The notes below the pieces were generated by a model that was not told the DNA's origin, made no database searches, and was given only the letters and a program-made list of their open reading frames with translations. From assembly GCA_910583875.1 (NCBI GenBank), contig CAJTXT010000005.1:72104-136103 (forward strand): a stretch of 64,000 bases of DNA, in the 5' to 3' direction. The position numbers and the translations under genes were made by a program. Source of the DNA: an uncultured Vampirovibrio sp. (GTDB lineage: Bacteria > Cyanobacteriota > Vampirovibrionia > Gastranaerophilales > Gastranaerophilaceae). Of the stretch, positions 27,715 through 35,920 are shown one piece after another; the first letter of the stretch is position 1, and each line of letters begins with the position of its first letter.

Positions 27715-29014
27715 CCTTTAAAATTTCATCAAACTTGCTTGCCATGTACAATGGAATATTATAAAGCCCATTGTTTATCTCAAAATTCGCAAGTGAAGTT
27801 CTTATGCTTATCTCGGGTTCAAATTTTTCTCGATAAACCTTAAGACTTTTTGCTTGTAAATTTGTATTAGCTTTCACTTCAACAGGAATAACATACCCGT
27901 CAGTTTGAATAATAAAATCAATCTCAGCATTTCCAGACTTACTTATCCAATAAGCAATTTCCATATCTTCAATAGTTTTTAATTGTTGCAGTACGTATTG
28001 TTCTGCTAAAGCACCGTTAAATTCTGTAAAAATTTTATCTCCTTCAATCAAAGTTCTTGCTGGAAGCTTACTTAATGCAGATAATAAACCTACGTCTAAA
28101 ATAAATAATTTAAATGCTTTGGTGTCTTCATATGCTTTTAATGGTAAAGCAGGTTTTGTAATACGGTTTATTTTATAAACCAGTCCACAATTAATAAGCC
28201 AAGATAAAGCTTCCTCAAACTCATCTGCCCTTGCTCCGGATTTTATTTTTTTATAAACAAACTTCTTACTTTCTTGAGTTAATTGACTTGGAATTGACTC
28301 CCATAGTAAATCAAGTTTCAACTTGCCAGTAGAAGATATATGTTTTGAGAAATCTCTTGTATATGCATCTAAAATATTTTCTTGAACCTTACGAACTTTT
28401 TGAAAATCATTTGTTTCAATAAATGTACTAACCACTTCTGGCATTCCGCCAACGTAATAATATTTTTTTAACCATTCAATATACTTTTCTTTAAAAACTT
28501 TTATATTAGGAGATTTAGGACTTTTTAGTAATTCTATAAAATTACTTTCACCAATGGCATCTAAAAATTCTAAAAATGATAGAGGATATAAATCAAGAAA
28601 ATCTACTTTTCCAACCGGAAAAGAAACATTCTCATGAATAGCAACTCCCAATAAACTGCCAGCTGCAATAATATTATATTCTGGAGTGTTTTCATAAAAA
28701 TATTTAAGAGCCGTTAAAGCTTTTGGGCATTCTTGAATTTCATCAAGTATTATTAGTGTTTTTTGGGCATCAATTTTAGAATGGGTTAACTCCAAACCTT
28801 CAATAATTCTTTTTGTATCAAAATCTATTGAAAACAGATCACACATTAACTTGTCTAATTCAAAGTTTATATAAATAACCTTTTTGTATTCAGTTTTGCC
28901 AAACTCTTTCATTAACCAAGTTTTGCCAACTTGACGAGCCCCTCTGATTATCAATGGTTTTCGTTTTGAATTATTCTTCCATTCTATGAGCTTATTTATT
29001 GCATATCGTTTCAT
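27704..29014 (-). CDS. AAA+ ATPase (AAA_14/DUF4143 type) with a C-terminal PD-(D/E)xK-like motif
   Basis: Likely start 'MKRYAINKLIEW' (the ORF track extends to 29065). Walker A 'GARQVGKTW', Walker B 'LIILDEIQ'. C-terminal 'AEIDFIIQTDGYVIPVEVKA'. Confidence 0.75.
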   Translation of the reverse strand: MKRYAINKLIEWKNNSKRKPLIIRGARQVGKTWLMKEFGKTEYKKVIYINFELDKLMCDLFSIDFDTKRIIEGLELTHSKIDAQKTLIILDEIQECPKALTALKYFYENTPEYNIIAAGSLLGVAIHENVSFPVGKVDFLDLYPLSFLEFLDAIGESNFIELLKSPKSPNIKVFKEKYIEWLKKYYYVGGMPEVVSTFIETNDFQKVRKVQENILDAYTRDFSKHISSTGKLKLDLLWESIPSQLTQESKKFVYKKIKSGARADEFEEALSWLINCGLVYKINRITKPALPLKAYEDTKAFKLFILDVGLLSALSKLPARTLIEGDKIFTEFNGALAEQYVLQQLKTIEDMEIAYWISKSGNAEIDFIIQTDGYVIPVEVKANTNLQAKSLKVYREKFEPEISIRTSLANFEINNGLYNIPLYMASKFDEILKDGI

Positions 29015-29203
29015 ATAATCTCTCTCAGTATATAACTTAACAAAAATTAATAATAAATAACTCATCCGAAAATACGATTTTACATTTTTTTAAACGACTT
29101 TTGAGAAATTTATAGCATTATATCAAATGACTTTGAGTGGTAATATTACATTTTTATTAACTACTTTTTCTAAAAATAAAGTTACTTAAAAATAACGTTG
29201 CCC

Positions 29204-29251
29204 GAAATTCTCAAACTATCTGTGAAAAATTCCTAAACTGTTTGTGAATTT
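29204..29251. promoter_or_regulatory. three more copies of the AATTCnnAAACT motif, including a 23-nt near-palindrome
   Basis: 'gaaattctcaaactatc' (29204-29220) and 'aattcctaaac-t-gtttgtgaatt' (29228-29250). Located between the WYL gene stop and the ATPase start. Confidence 0.45.
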
Positions 29252-29292
29252 ACACAATTGAAAGGTTATAGATAATTTAAAATGGTTTAAAT

Positions 29293-30255
29293 TTAATAAT
29301 TTTTTAAATTACTTTCCATATATTGTTTATACTCAGCTTGCAGTGATTTTGGTGCAATAATTTTGCAGCCGCTGCCCCATTTGAATACATGCCAAATGAT
29401 TTCTAAGCTTCCGCTTGCTCTAAAAGTTACAGTATAACTACCGTCCGTATTATATTTACCCCTTTGTGTCGGATGGAAATTGAATTGACTCGCTTCCTGT
29501 GCTAGTTCAGGTGAAAACAAAAGTTCAACATCAAGAACTTCACCGTGATACACACCAAAAGACTGGTTTGTATATTTTTGCAAGTTAAAATCACCTTTAT
29601 CAAATGTTTTATCGGTAAGTTTTAATCCTTCAAATTTATGCAACAAATAGTTATAAATTCCATTACCTTTGGCTTTTTCCCTTGCAACAAGATAAATCTT
29701 TTCTCCGTAAATCATTCCAAGAGGTTCAATTAATCGAATTTTATCGTTATAAATTCCATTAACCATTTTTGAATGTTGAACAGCTTCCCGAATAATTTCC
29801 AGCGTTTCTATACTAATCTTATATTGCGGCATTTGGCGGACTGCATAACCTTCTGTTTGCATATACAGTTCAATATTTGTTTCAAGAGAATTTGCATTTT
29901 TACGGTTAAATGTCTTAATTTTTTCAACTGTTTTGGCTAATTCTGCTTTCATTTCTTTATTCGTTGTTCTGCGTTGGCATTGCTCAATATTTGCTATCTC
30001 TTTAGGAGAAAAAGAAATCAAATTTGAAATTGAATAGTTTATAAATCCCCAATGTTTTTGAGAATCGTTTGTTTCAATTTCATCAACAGACGGAAAAATA
30101 CAAGTTAAACTATCTCTCATTCGTTCTGCAGTCCTTCGTGAAACATTATATCGTTCTGCAATTTCAGAAATCGTTACCCCTTGAATTTTTGATGACATAA
30201 AAATTGCCAAATCTAAAATATCTGAAATTCGTGAATATCTTGGTTTATCTTGCAT
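29293..30255 (-). CDS. HTH plus WYL-domain transcriptional regulator (BrxR/CapW-like architecture)
   Basis: 320 aa. wHTH 'VTISEIAERYNVSRRTAERMRDSL'. WYL-like 'YNDKIRLIEPLGMIYGEKIYLVAREKAKGNGIYNYLLHKFEGLKL'. Confidence 0.7.
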   Translation of the reverse strand: MQDKPRYSRISDILDLAIFMSSKIQGVTISEIAERYNVSRRTAERMRDSLTCIFPSVDEIETNDSQKHWGFINYSISNLISFSPKEIANIEQCQRRTTNKEMKAELAKTVEKIKTFNRKNANSLETNIELYMQTEGYAVRQMPQYKISIETLEIIREAVQHSKMVNGIYNDKIRLIEPLGMIYGEKIYLVAREKAKGNGIYNYLLHKFEGLKLTDKTFDKGDFNLQKYTNQSFGVYHGEVLDVELLFSPELAQEASQFNFHPTQRGKYNTDGSYTVTFRASGSLEIIWHVFKWGSGCKIIAPKSLQAEYKQYMESNLKNY

Positions 30256-30344
30256 AATTATTCCCCTTGAAATTATTATAGCACAATATGTCCGTATTTG
30301 TCGCAGATATACGTTAAAATGATAACAAAATAAGGAGATAATAT

Positions 30345-30932
30345 ATGGATAAAATTAAATTATTAATCAAAAATAGAGAACAAGATACATTCGCAATACA
30401 TTATGCCTGTGAATGTTTTTATAATGGCGGTGCTATTGCACCTTCTATTTGCTCAATCAGTATTGTAAATATGAGAACAAACAATCTGCATACATTTGCA
30501 TTGCATAATTATATTTTACAAGGGAAATCATTGATTGATAGTGAAAAACAATTATTGTTAGATTTTGTTGATTTTTACAAATCATTGAACAATCCAATAT
30601 TTATTCACTGGGCAATGGATAGTTTGCAATACGGATTTAAAGCTATTTTTGCCAGAGCTGAAAACTTTGGAATATATGATTTTGATTTATCAAAAATGCA
30701 AGATATAAATCTAAAAAATTATATTGATTTATCACTTATAAGAAGTTTAGAAATGAATAATTGCAAGAGAATTTCTGTTCTAAACGGCAAAGATGAGGCA
30801 ATAAGTTTTGATAAACGTGACTACAATTTAGTCAAATTATCGACAGAAGGTAAAGTTTTAGGAATATTAGAATTATTTGAAAAATATCTCAATAATGATT
30901 TAGTTGAATTAGATGATGATGTAATCTACTAA
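30345..30932 (+). CDS. hypothetical protein, cassette gene 1
   Basis: 195 aa, SD site AAGGAGA. No confident domain. An RNase-H-like strand/helix pattern is only a guess. Confidence 0.5.
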   Translation: MDKIKLLIKNREQDTFAIHYACECFYNGGAIAPSICSISIVNMRTNNLHTFALHNYILQGKSLIDSEKQLLLDFVDFYKSLNNPIFIHWAMDSLQYGFKAIFARAENFGIYDFDLSKMQDINLKNYIDLSLIRSLEMNNCKRISVLNGKDEAISFDKRDYNLVKLSTEGKVLGILELFEKYLNNDLVELDDDVIY

Positions 30933-30940
30933 AGGTTAAA

Positions 30941-31861
30941 ATGACATATCTGAATATAATAAATAAAATTAATAAAGAATACGGAGTTGAACTCAATGAA
31001 GACGATATCAAAAAAATAGTTTTTGGTATACAAAATAAAATGTGTTATTTTTTAACTAATCCTAATGATTTGAGTAATTCAAGAATTGCAGTAATTGTTA
31101 AATATGGACAAAATCTTATTAAACTTATCACTTATCATGATGGTTCGATAGTTTGTGTTTTACCATGTAATCATTCACAAAATGCGGATATGTTAAATAT
31201 TCCTGATATTAAAAAAGAAATTGAGTTATTAAATAAAATTGAACTAAAGAATTTAAGTCATATTTGTGCATATTGCAATAAGGCTTTGAAACCGGAAGAA
31301 AAAACAATAGATCATATCATACCAAAATCAGCTAAAGGGAAAAATATTGTTGATAATTATGTTATTTGTTGCTCAGAATGTAATACAAAAAAAGCAAATT
31401 ATGATATTAATTCTTATTTAGAAGCTAATGATAAAATTGCTTATTGTTTTGATAATTATTTACAAATGATTGATAATCAAAGAAAAAACAAGTTTTATTC
31501 AAAATTAATTAAACAACATATCAAAGAACATATTTTCTCAAAGGCAAAAAAATACCAATTATATCGAAATGAGCGAATTAATCAAATACAAGATATAGAA
31601 TATAAAATAAAAGGTAGTTCTATTTCTTTTAAAATCAATAAAACACAAGCAAAAATTTTAGATTTTTATCTTGAAAATAAAGATTTTACTGAATATAAAT
31701 TATTGGCAAAACAATTAAAAATTAGTAAAAGCGAATTACAAACACATATTACTCATATCAATTGTTTAACAGGAATTTTTATACTTAAAGAAGTGAGTAA
31801 AAATGGTATCAGATTAAATGGGTTATATAAAGATAAATTAGAAATTATTAAACAAGATTAA
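30941..31861 (+). CDS. HNH endonuclease-domain protein with a probable C-terminal HTH, cassette gene 2
   Basis: 'CAYCNKALKPEEKTIDHIIPKSAKGKNIVDNYVICCSECNTKKAN'. C-terminal 'AKILDFYLENKDFTEYKLLAKQLKISKSELQTHI'. Confidence 0.75.
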   Translation: MTYLNIINKINKEYGVELNEDDIKKIVFGIQNKMCYFLTNPNDLSNSRIAVIVKYGQNLIKLITYHDGSIVCVLPCNHSQNADMLNIPDIKKEIELLNKIELKNLSHICAYCNKALKPEEKTIDHIIPKSAKGKNIVDNYVICCSECNTKKANYDINSYLEANDKIAYCFDNYLQMIDNQRKNKFYSKLIKQHIKEHIFSKAKKYQLYRNERINQIQDIEYKIKGSSISFKINKTQAKILDFYLENKDFTEYKLLAKQLKISKSELQTHITHINCLTGIFILKEVSKNGIRLNGLYKDKLEIIKQD

Positions 31862-31904
31862 ACAATTTTACATTAAAAACGTTATATAATTCAAAGGAGT
31901 TTAA

Positions 31905-33083
31905 ATGAAAAAGATAAGTTTATTGATGTTACTTTTAATCTTTAGTACAATCTCTGCGTGTGCCTATTTTCAAGTTAATGAATTTAAACTGGTACAAAAT
32001 AATAATACAAAAATCTGTCAAGCATTTGAAGATGGTTATGTTTGTGGAAATGAAGAACCTGTTTATTATGAAAATTTTAAAGAAACTTTTTTGTCACTAA
32101 AAATTAATTATTGGAATATGGACGGGGAAAAATGTTTACGTTTAAAGCAAGGATATAAATGTTCTAATGAAACTCCTGTTTTTTGGTTTAAAGGCAAAAA
32201 AGGAATATTAATAAAAGATAATGAAGGTAATGAGCAAATATGTTCATTGAAACGCGATGGCAGTTATGAATGTCCTCAAAATAATGAATTGTATAGTATG
32301 CTTTTACCTTATGGAAATTGGGAATTTATAAGAGAAGAAGGCTTTTGGAAGGTTAAATACACACAAGGTTGTATAGGCTACAAAAACGGTTATATTTGCC
32401 CTAGTGAAGAACCAAGATTTATCAAAGATTTTAGAAGCAGTTTTGATTTTTCCATCTCAGAACAAATGTCAAATGATGTGAAAGTAAAAAATGGAATACC
32501 TCTAGATAAAAATTGTTATGAATTGAGTTTGGGTTATTATTGTACTGGAGAAATGCCTGTAATAAATAAGGTATACAAAATTGATGAACATCGCGGTATT
32601 TTTGTATCTGATAAAAACAACCCAGGTAATAAAAAAATATGTAAACATTTTACGTTTGATGAGTACATTGATAGCGGATATAAATGCAAAGGTGAAGAAC
32701 CGGTTATAACCAAAAGACCTACCACAATAAAATATAACGGCAAATCAAAGTTTCATGGTAAAGTTGAAGAAATGCGCAAAGGTATAATTGCAAATTATGG
32801 GTTAGTTACTTGTAATCAATATAAAGACGGTTATGTTTATTGTCCCGGTGAAGAAAATAATCCTAAAAAGTATGCTATGACTTATGATTTAACGCCGGAA
32901 GAATTTAGGAAAGCAGGAAAGGAAGCCGAACGCAACAAAACGGCAACGGAACGGTTAAAAGAGAGCCTCAATAAAGGTCGTATTTATATGCGTGATAAGA
33001 ATGGAAAAAGAACCGAATATAAAATTAATCCTTATACAATCGATAGGAATTCTTTGGAACTGATACCGCGTTGGTCGCATTAA
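31905..33083 (+). CDS. lipoprotein with six Cys-containing 'C..x..GY.C..E.PV' repeats, cassette gene 3
   Basis: Lipobox 'STISAC'. Repeats EDGYVCGNEEPV, KQGYKCSNETPV, KNGYICPSEEPR, SLGYYCTGEMPV, DSGYKCKGEEPV, KDGYVYCPGEEN. Confidence 0.7.
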   Translation: MKKISLLMLLLIFSTISACAYFQVNEFKLVQNNNTKICQAFEDGYVCGNEEPVYYENFKETFLSLKINYWNMDGEKCLRLKQGYKCSNETPVFWFKGKKGILIKDNEGNEQICSLKRDGSYECPQNNELYSMLLPYGNWEFIREEGFWKVKYTQGCIGYKNGYICPSEEPRFIKDFRSSFDFSISEQMSNDVKVKNGIPLDKNCYELSLGYYCTGEMPVINKVYKIDEHRGIFVSDKNNPGNKKICKHFTFDEYIDSGYKCKGEEPVITKRPTTIKYNGKSKFHGKVEEMRKGIIANYGLVTCNQYKDGYVYCPGEENNPKKYAMTYDLTPEEFRKAGKEAERNKTATERLKESLNKGRIYMRDKNGKRTEYKINPYTIDRNSLELIPRWSH

Positions 33084-33116
33084 TGAATTGTATATGATTA
33101 ATTAAAAGGAATTTAA

Positions 33117-33506
33117 ATGAAAAAGAATCGTCTATCTAAAGCAAAAAATCAAACTTATCATTTCAAAAAAAGATGTGATGAAAGATTAGGTGTACAAATT
33201 GATAGAAAAGCAATTCAAAGACGAATTAATGAACAAAAATTTGACGAGCACTTTTATTTTTTAAATAAACAATCTAATAGGGTTTCCAGATATCGTTACA
33301 GATTTCAAGATAAATGGTATATCATTCCTTACGACAGAAATACTCATAAAGTTATAACAATATTTGAAGACAATAAACAAGATATTTTTACAGAAACTAA
33401 AACTGATATTATTACTAAAAACACTAAAAAGAATCCATTCAACTGGTTTCAAAAACTTATTCAATGTTTTAAGGATATAAGTACATCAATTCATAAACAA
33501 TGTTAA
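33117..33506 (+). CDS. small basic protein, possibly a DUF4258/BECR-fold toxin, cassette gene 4
   Basis: 129 aa. 'YHFKKRCDERLGV' follows an H-x3-R-x2-ER pattern, then beta-rich 'WYIIPYDRNTHKVITIF'. Confidence 0.35.
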   Translation: MKKNRLSKAKNQTYHFKKRCDERLGVQIDRKAIQRRINEQKFDEHFYFLNKQSNRVSRYRYRFQDKWYIIPYDRNTHKVITIFEDNKQDIFTETKTDIITKNTKKNPFNWFQKLIQCFKDISTSIHKQC

Positions 33507-33691
33507 TAGTATTATTTTGAAATAAATAAAAACAGCAATAATACAGGGTTAATGAAATCTGAAGGTACAACAATTATTCTGCACAAGTATAAAGATATAT
33601 GCATATTAAACAATGAAAAAATAATATGTAAAGGAATCAATAGGGTTGACGTATATAAATATGAAATTAATTAAAATTATGAGGTTTTAAA

Positions 33692-34885
33692 ATGAAAAAA
33701 GATGATGAATGGCAAGCAAAATATTTTTATACATCTACAGAACTTAACAATTTTATTGAACCGTTGAAATCAAAATTGCTTGGTAAATCTATAGATAAGA
33801 TAATGATTACTGGACATATTTATACAAGTTGCGGATATGATGACAAAGAAAATTATTGTGTTAAATATTCCTGTGATGAAAAATGGGTTATAGAAGACAA
33901 CAACGTTGAAAAACAAATCCAATCATTACCAACTCATAAAGTTTCTCTTTCTTTAGATGATCCATTGATTTTATGTTTTGGCAATATTCATTTTGAAATA
34001 AATTACTGTGAATTTAGTAATGCACAAATTGGCATAAATACATTAAATTCTATGAGTAATGCTGATTGGCAAGATGTTAGTGATTATTTTGTCAAGAACA
34101 TTATTGGAAAGAAATTATTAGATATAAAAATAAATCAAACTTGTATACCAAATAAATACACTTCTCACTACCGAAAAAATGGTGAAAAAATGTATGATGA
34201 AATAGTTTTTGTATTTGAAAATGGCTATCAATTAGAAATATCTTCGGATATAGATTATATGTCTTTAGCTGAAAGAATTATATGGCAAGAACAGCAAGAT
34301 TTAGCACAAAGAGATTGGGATTGTTATTATGATTCAAAGCAATATTTGGATGATAATGAAAAAACATTCAAAGAGCTAATTGCTGAATCAATTCCGATTA
34401 ATGGTAATAATATGCGAATAACCGCTAATGATGAATATTCCACTGGATTTCTTGATTACTATTTTGAAATAAATAATAATGGTATTATTAGCAAATGTTA
34501 TTATGGGTTTGCTATTAACAATATGAATTTTCTTTGGAATTTCGTAGAAGCTATGGTAATGTCAAAAAATGATTGTTATTTGTGTTGTGAAGAAGAAGGG
34601 CCAGAAACATATTTTTATATACAAAATCTAGATGATGATAAAATTAGATTTATACATATTAGTAATAGAATACAAGACGAAGGTTTAGTGACTGAAGACT
34701 ACAAAGTTCGTCAAGATTTTATAACAAGCAAATATAATTTTATAAAACAATTTTATACTTGCCTAATACAACCGATTAGACATTTTAATAAAACTAATAT
34801 GAGCAAGGTATGCTTGGATGAATACAATGAATTTTATAAAAATTCAATAATTGTAAAAAAATATTTGGAACTTTATAATTGTTAA
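33692..34885 (+). CDS. hypothetical protein, cassette gene 5
   Basis: 397 aa, SD site GAGG. No recognisable motif. Confidence 0.5.
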   Translation: MKKDDEWQAKYFYTSTELNNFIEPLKSKLLGKSIDKIMITGHIYTSCGYDDKENYCVKYSCDEKWVIEDNNVEKQIQSLPTHKVSLSLDDPLILCFGNIHFEINYCEFSNAQIGINTLNSMSNADWQDVSDYFVKNIIGKKLLDIKINQTCIPNKYTSHYRKNGEKMYDEIVFVFENGYQLEISSDIDYMSLAERIIWQEQQDLAQRDWDCYYDSKQYLDDNEKTFKELIAESIPINGNNMRITANDEYSTGFLDYYFEINNNGIISKCYYGFAINNMNFLWNFVEAMVMSKNDCYLCCEEEGPETYFYIQNLDDDKIRFIHISNRIQDEGLVTEDYKVRQDFITSKYNFIKQFYTCLIQPIRHFNKTNMSKVCLDEYNEFYKNSIIVKKYLELYNC

Positions 34886-34915
34886 ATACTCGTTTTTACT
34901 GTTACAAATAATCAT

Positions 34916-35908
34916 CTAAAGTATTTTTTTACATTTTTCCAAGATTTTAGGAAGAAGTGAATTCCACGCTGCTTCTTTTGGATGTAAATTATCTTGCATT
35001 AAATATTTTTCGGAATTTAAGTCTTCTTGCGTTAAATCATCGGTGCTTATTACCGTAAAATTATTCTTTTCAAGCTTTTCTTTTAAAATATCCTCAAAGT
35101 CTATCTTATTATTATCATATAATATGACAATAAAATTAATTTTTTTATTCCATCTTTTTTCTAAACAATTCCGTGTTTCAACTAAATATTTAACAGCTAA
35201 ATCAGTCAATTTATCAGCATTCTTTGGATTTTTTATATAACTATCAACATATTTGCAATTTATAGCTCTTACAATATATGATGATTTAATTAAATTAAGA
35301 AATATATTATTATAATTATCCTTTACTAATTTATTATTTTTAATTTTATATCTTAAATAGAAATTCCCGCCGATTACATCAAAATCACTAAAAATCGACA
35401 TTCTTAGATAATGGTCATTTATCATTACATAAAAAATGGTATCTGATATTGGAACATCTTTATAAAAACTTGAATTTTCTTCTGAAACCTGATAATACAT
35501 ATGCTGTAAACTAGCTCCTGGTATGGCTCTGTTATATACTGGTCTTTTTAATTTATGAGCTAATTTATAACTAAAATTTTGATTGTAATTCAGATATTGA
35601 CCATGAGCAAAAGAATCACCAAAAATTATTATAGGTTTCCCTTTTTTATATTCTAATCCATCAGGCTTTCTACCATTAATTATATTGTCTTTACCGTTAA
35701 AATACCCATCCAAATTTATAAATGTTATATGAGGATTTTTTAAGTAATACCTATATGGAGGGATAAATGTAGATAACGGATGCTCTTCCAAATATTTTTT
35801 AGGGTTTAATGCAATTCTATAAGTTAAATAATCCGTAATAAAAAATAAACATATTAATAAAATTATATTAAAACTAACTAATAATATTATTTTTAAACTT
35901 TTGTTCAT
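34916..35908 (-). CDS. membrane-anchored SGNH/GDSL-family hydrolase
   Basis: N-terminal TM segment. Block I 'IIIFGDSFAHG'. Block V 'DNLHP'. Confidence 0.6.
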   Translation of the reverse strand: MNKSLKIILLVSFNIILLICLFFITDYLTYRIALNPKKYLEEHPLSTFIPPYRYYLKNPHITFINLDGYFNGKDNIINGRKPDGLEYKKGKPIIIFGDSFAHGQYLNYNQNFSYKLAHKLKRPVYNRAIPGASLQHMYYQVSEENSSFYKDVPISDTIFYVMINDHYLRMSIFSDFDVIGGNFYLRYKIKNNKLVKDNYNNIFLNLIKSSYIVRAINCKYVDSYIKNPKNADKLTDLAVKYLVETRNCLEKRWNKKINFIVILYDNNKIDFEDILKEKLEKNNFTVISTDDLTQEDLNSEKYLMQDNLHPKEAAWNSLLPKILEKCKKIL

Positions 35909-35920
35909 AAATCCTCATAT

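Noticed and set aside
33552-33674. 40-codon ORF 'MKSEGTTIILHKYKDICILNNEKIICKGINRVDVYKYEIN' between cassette genes 4 and 5
   Set aside because: The ribosome-binding site is weak or too close (AGGG only 3-4 nt upstream), and there are no motifs. It is not called as a feature but noted as a possible small partner of the putative toxin.
34886-34916. Direct repeat of the tRNA 3' end (att site) at the right end of the island
   Set aside because: I looked for 'ttcgaatctctcccttgc'-like sequence around 34.8-35.0 kb and 29.1-29.3 kb and did not see one. The island boundary on the right therefore remains approximate.
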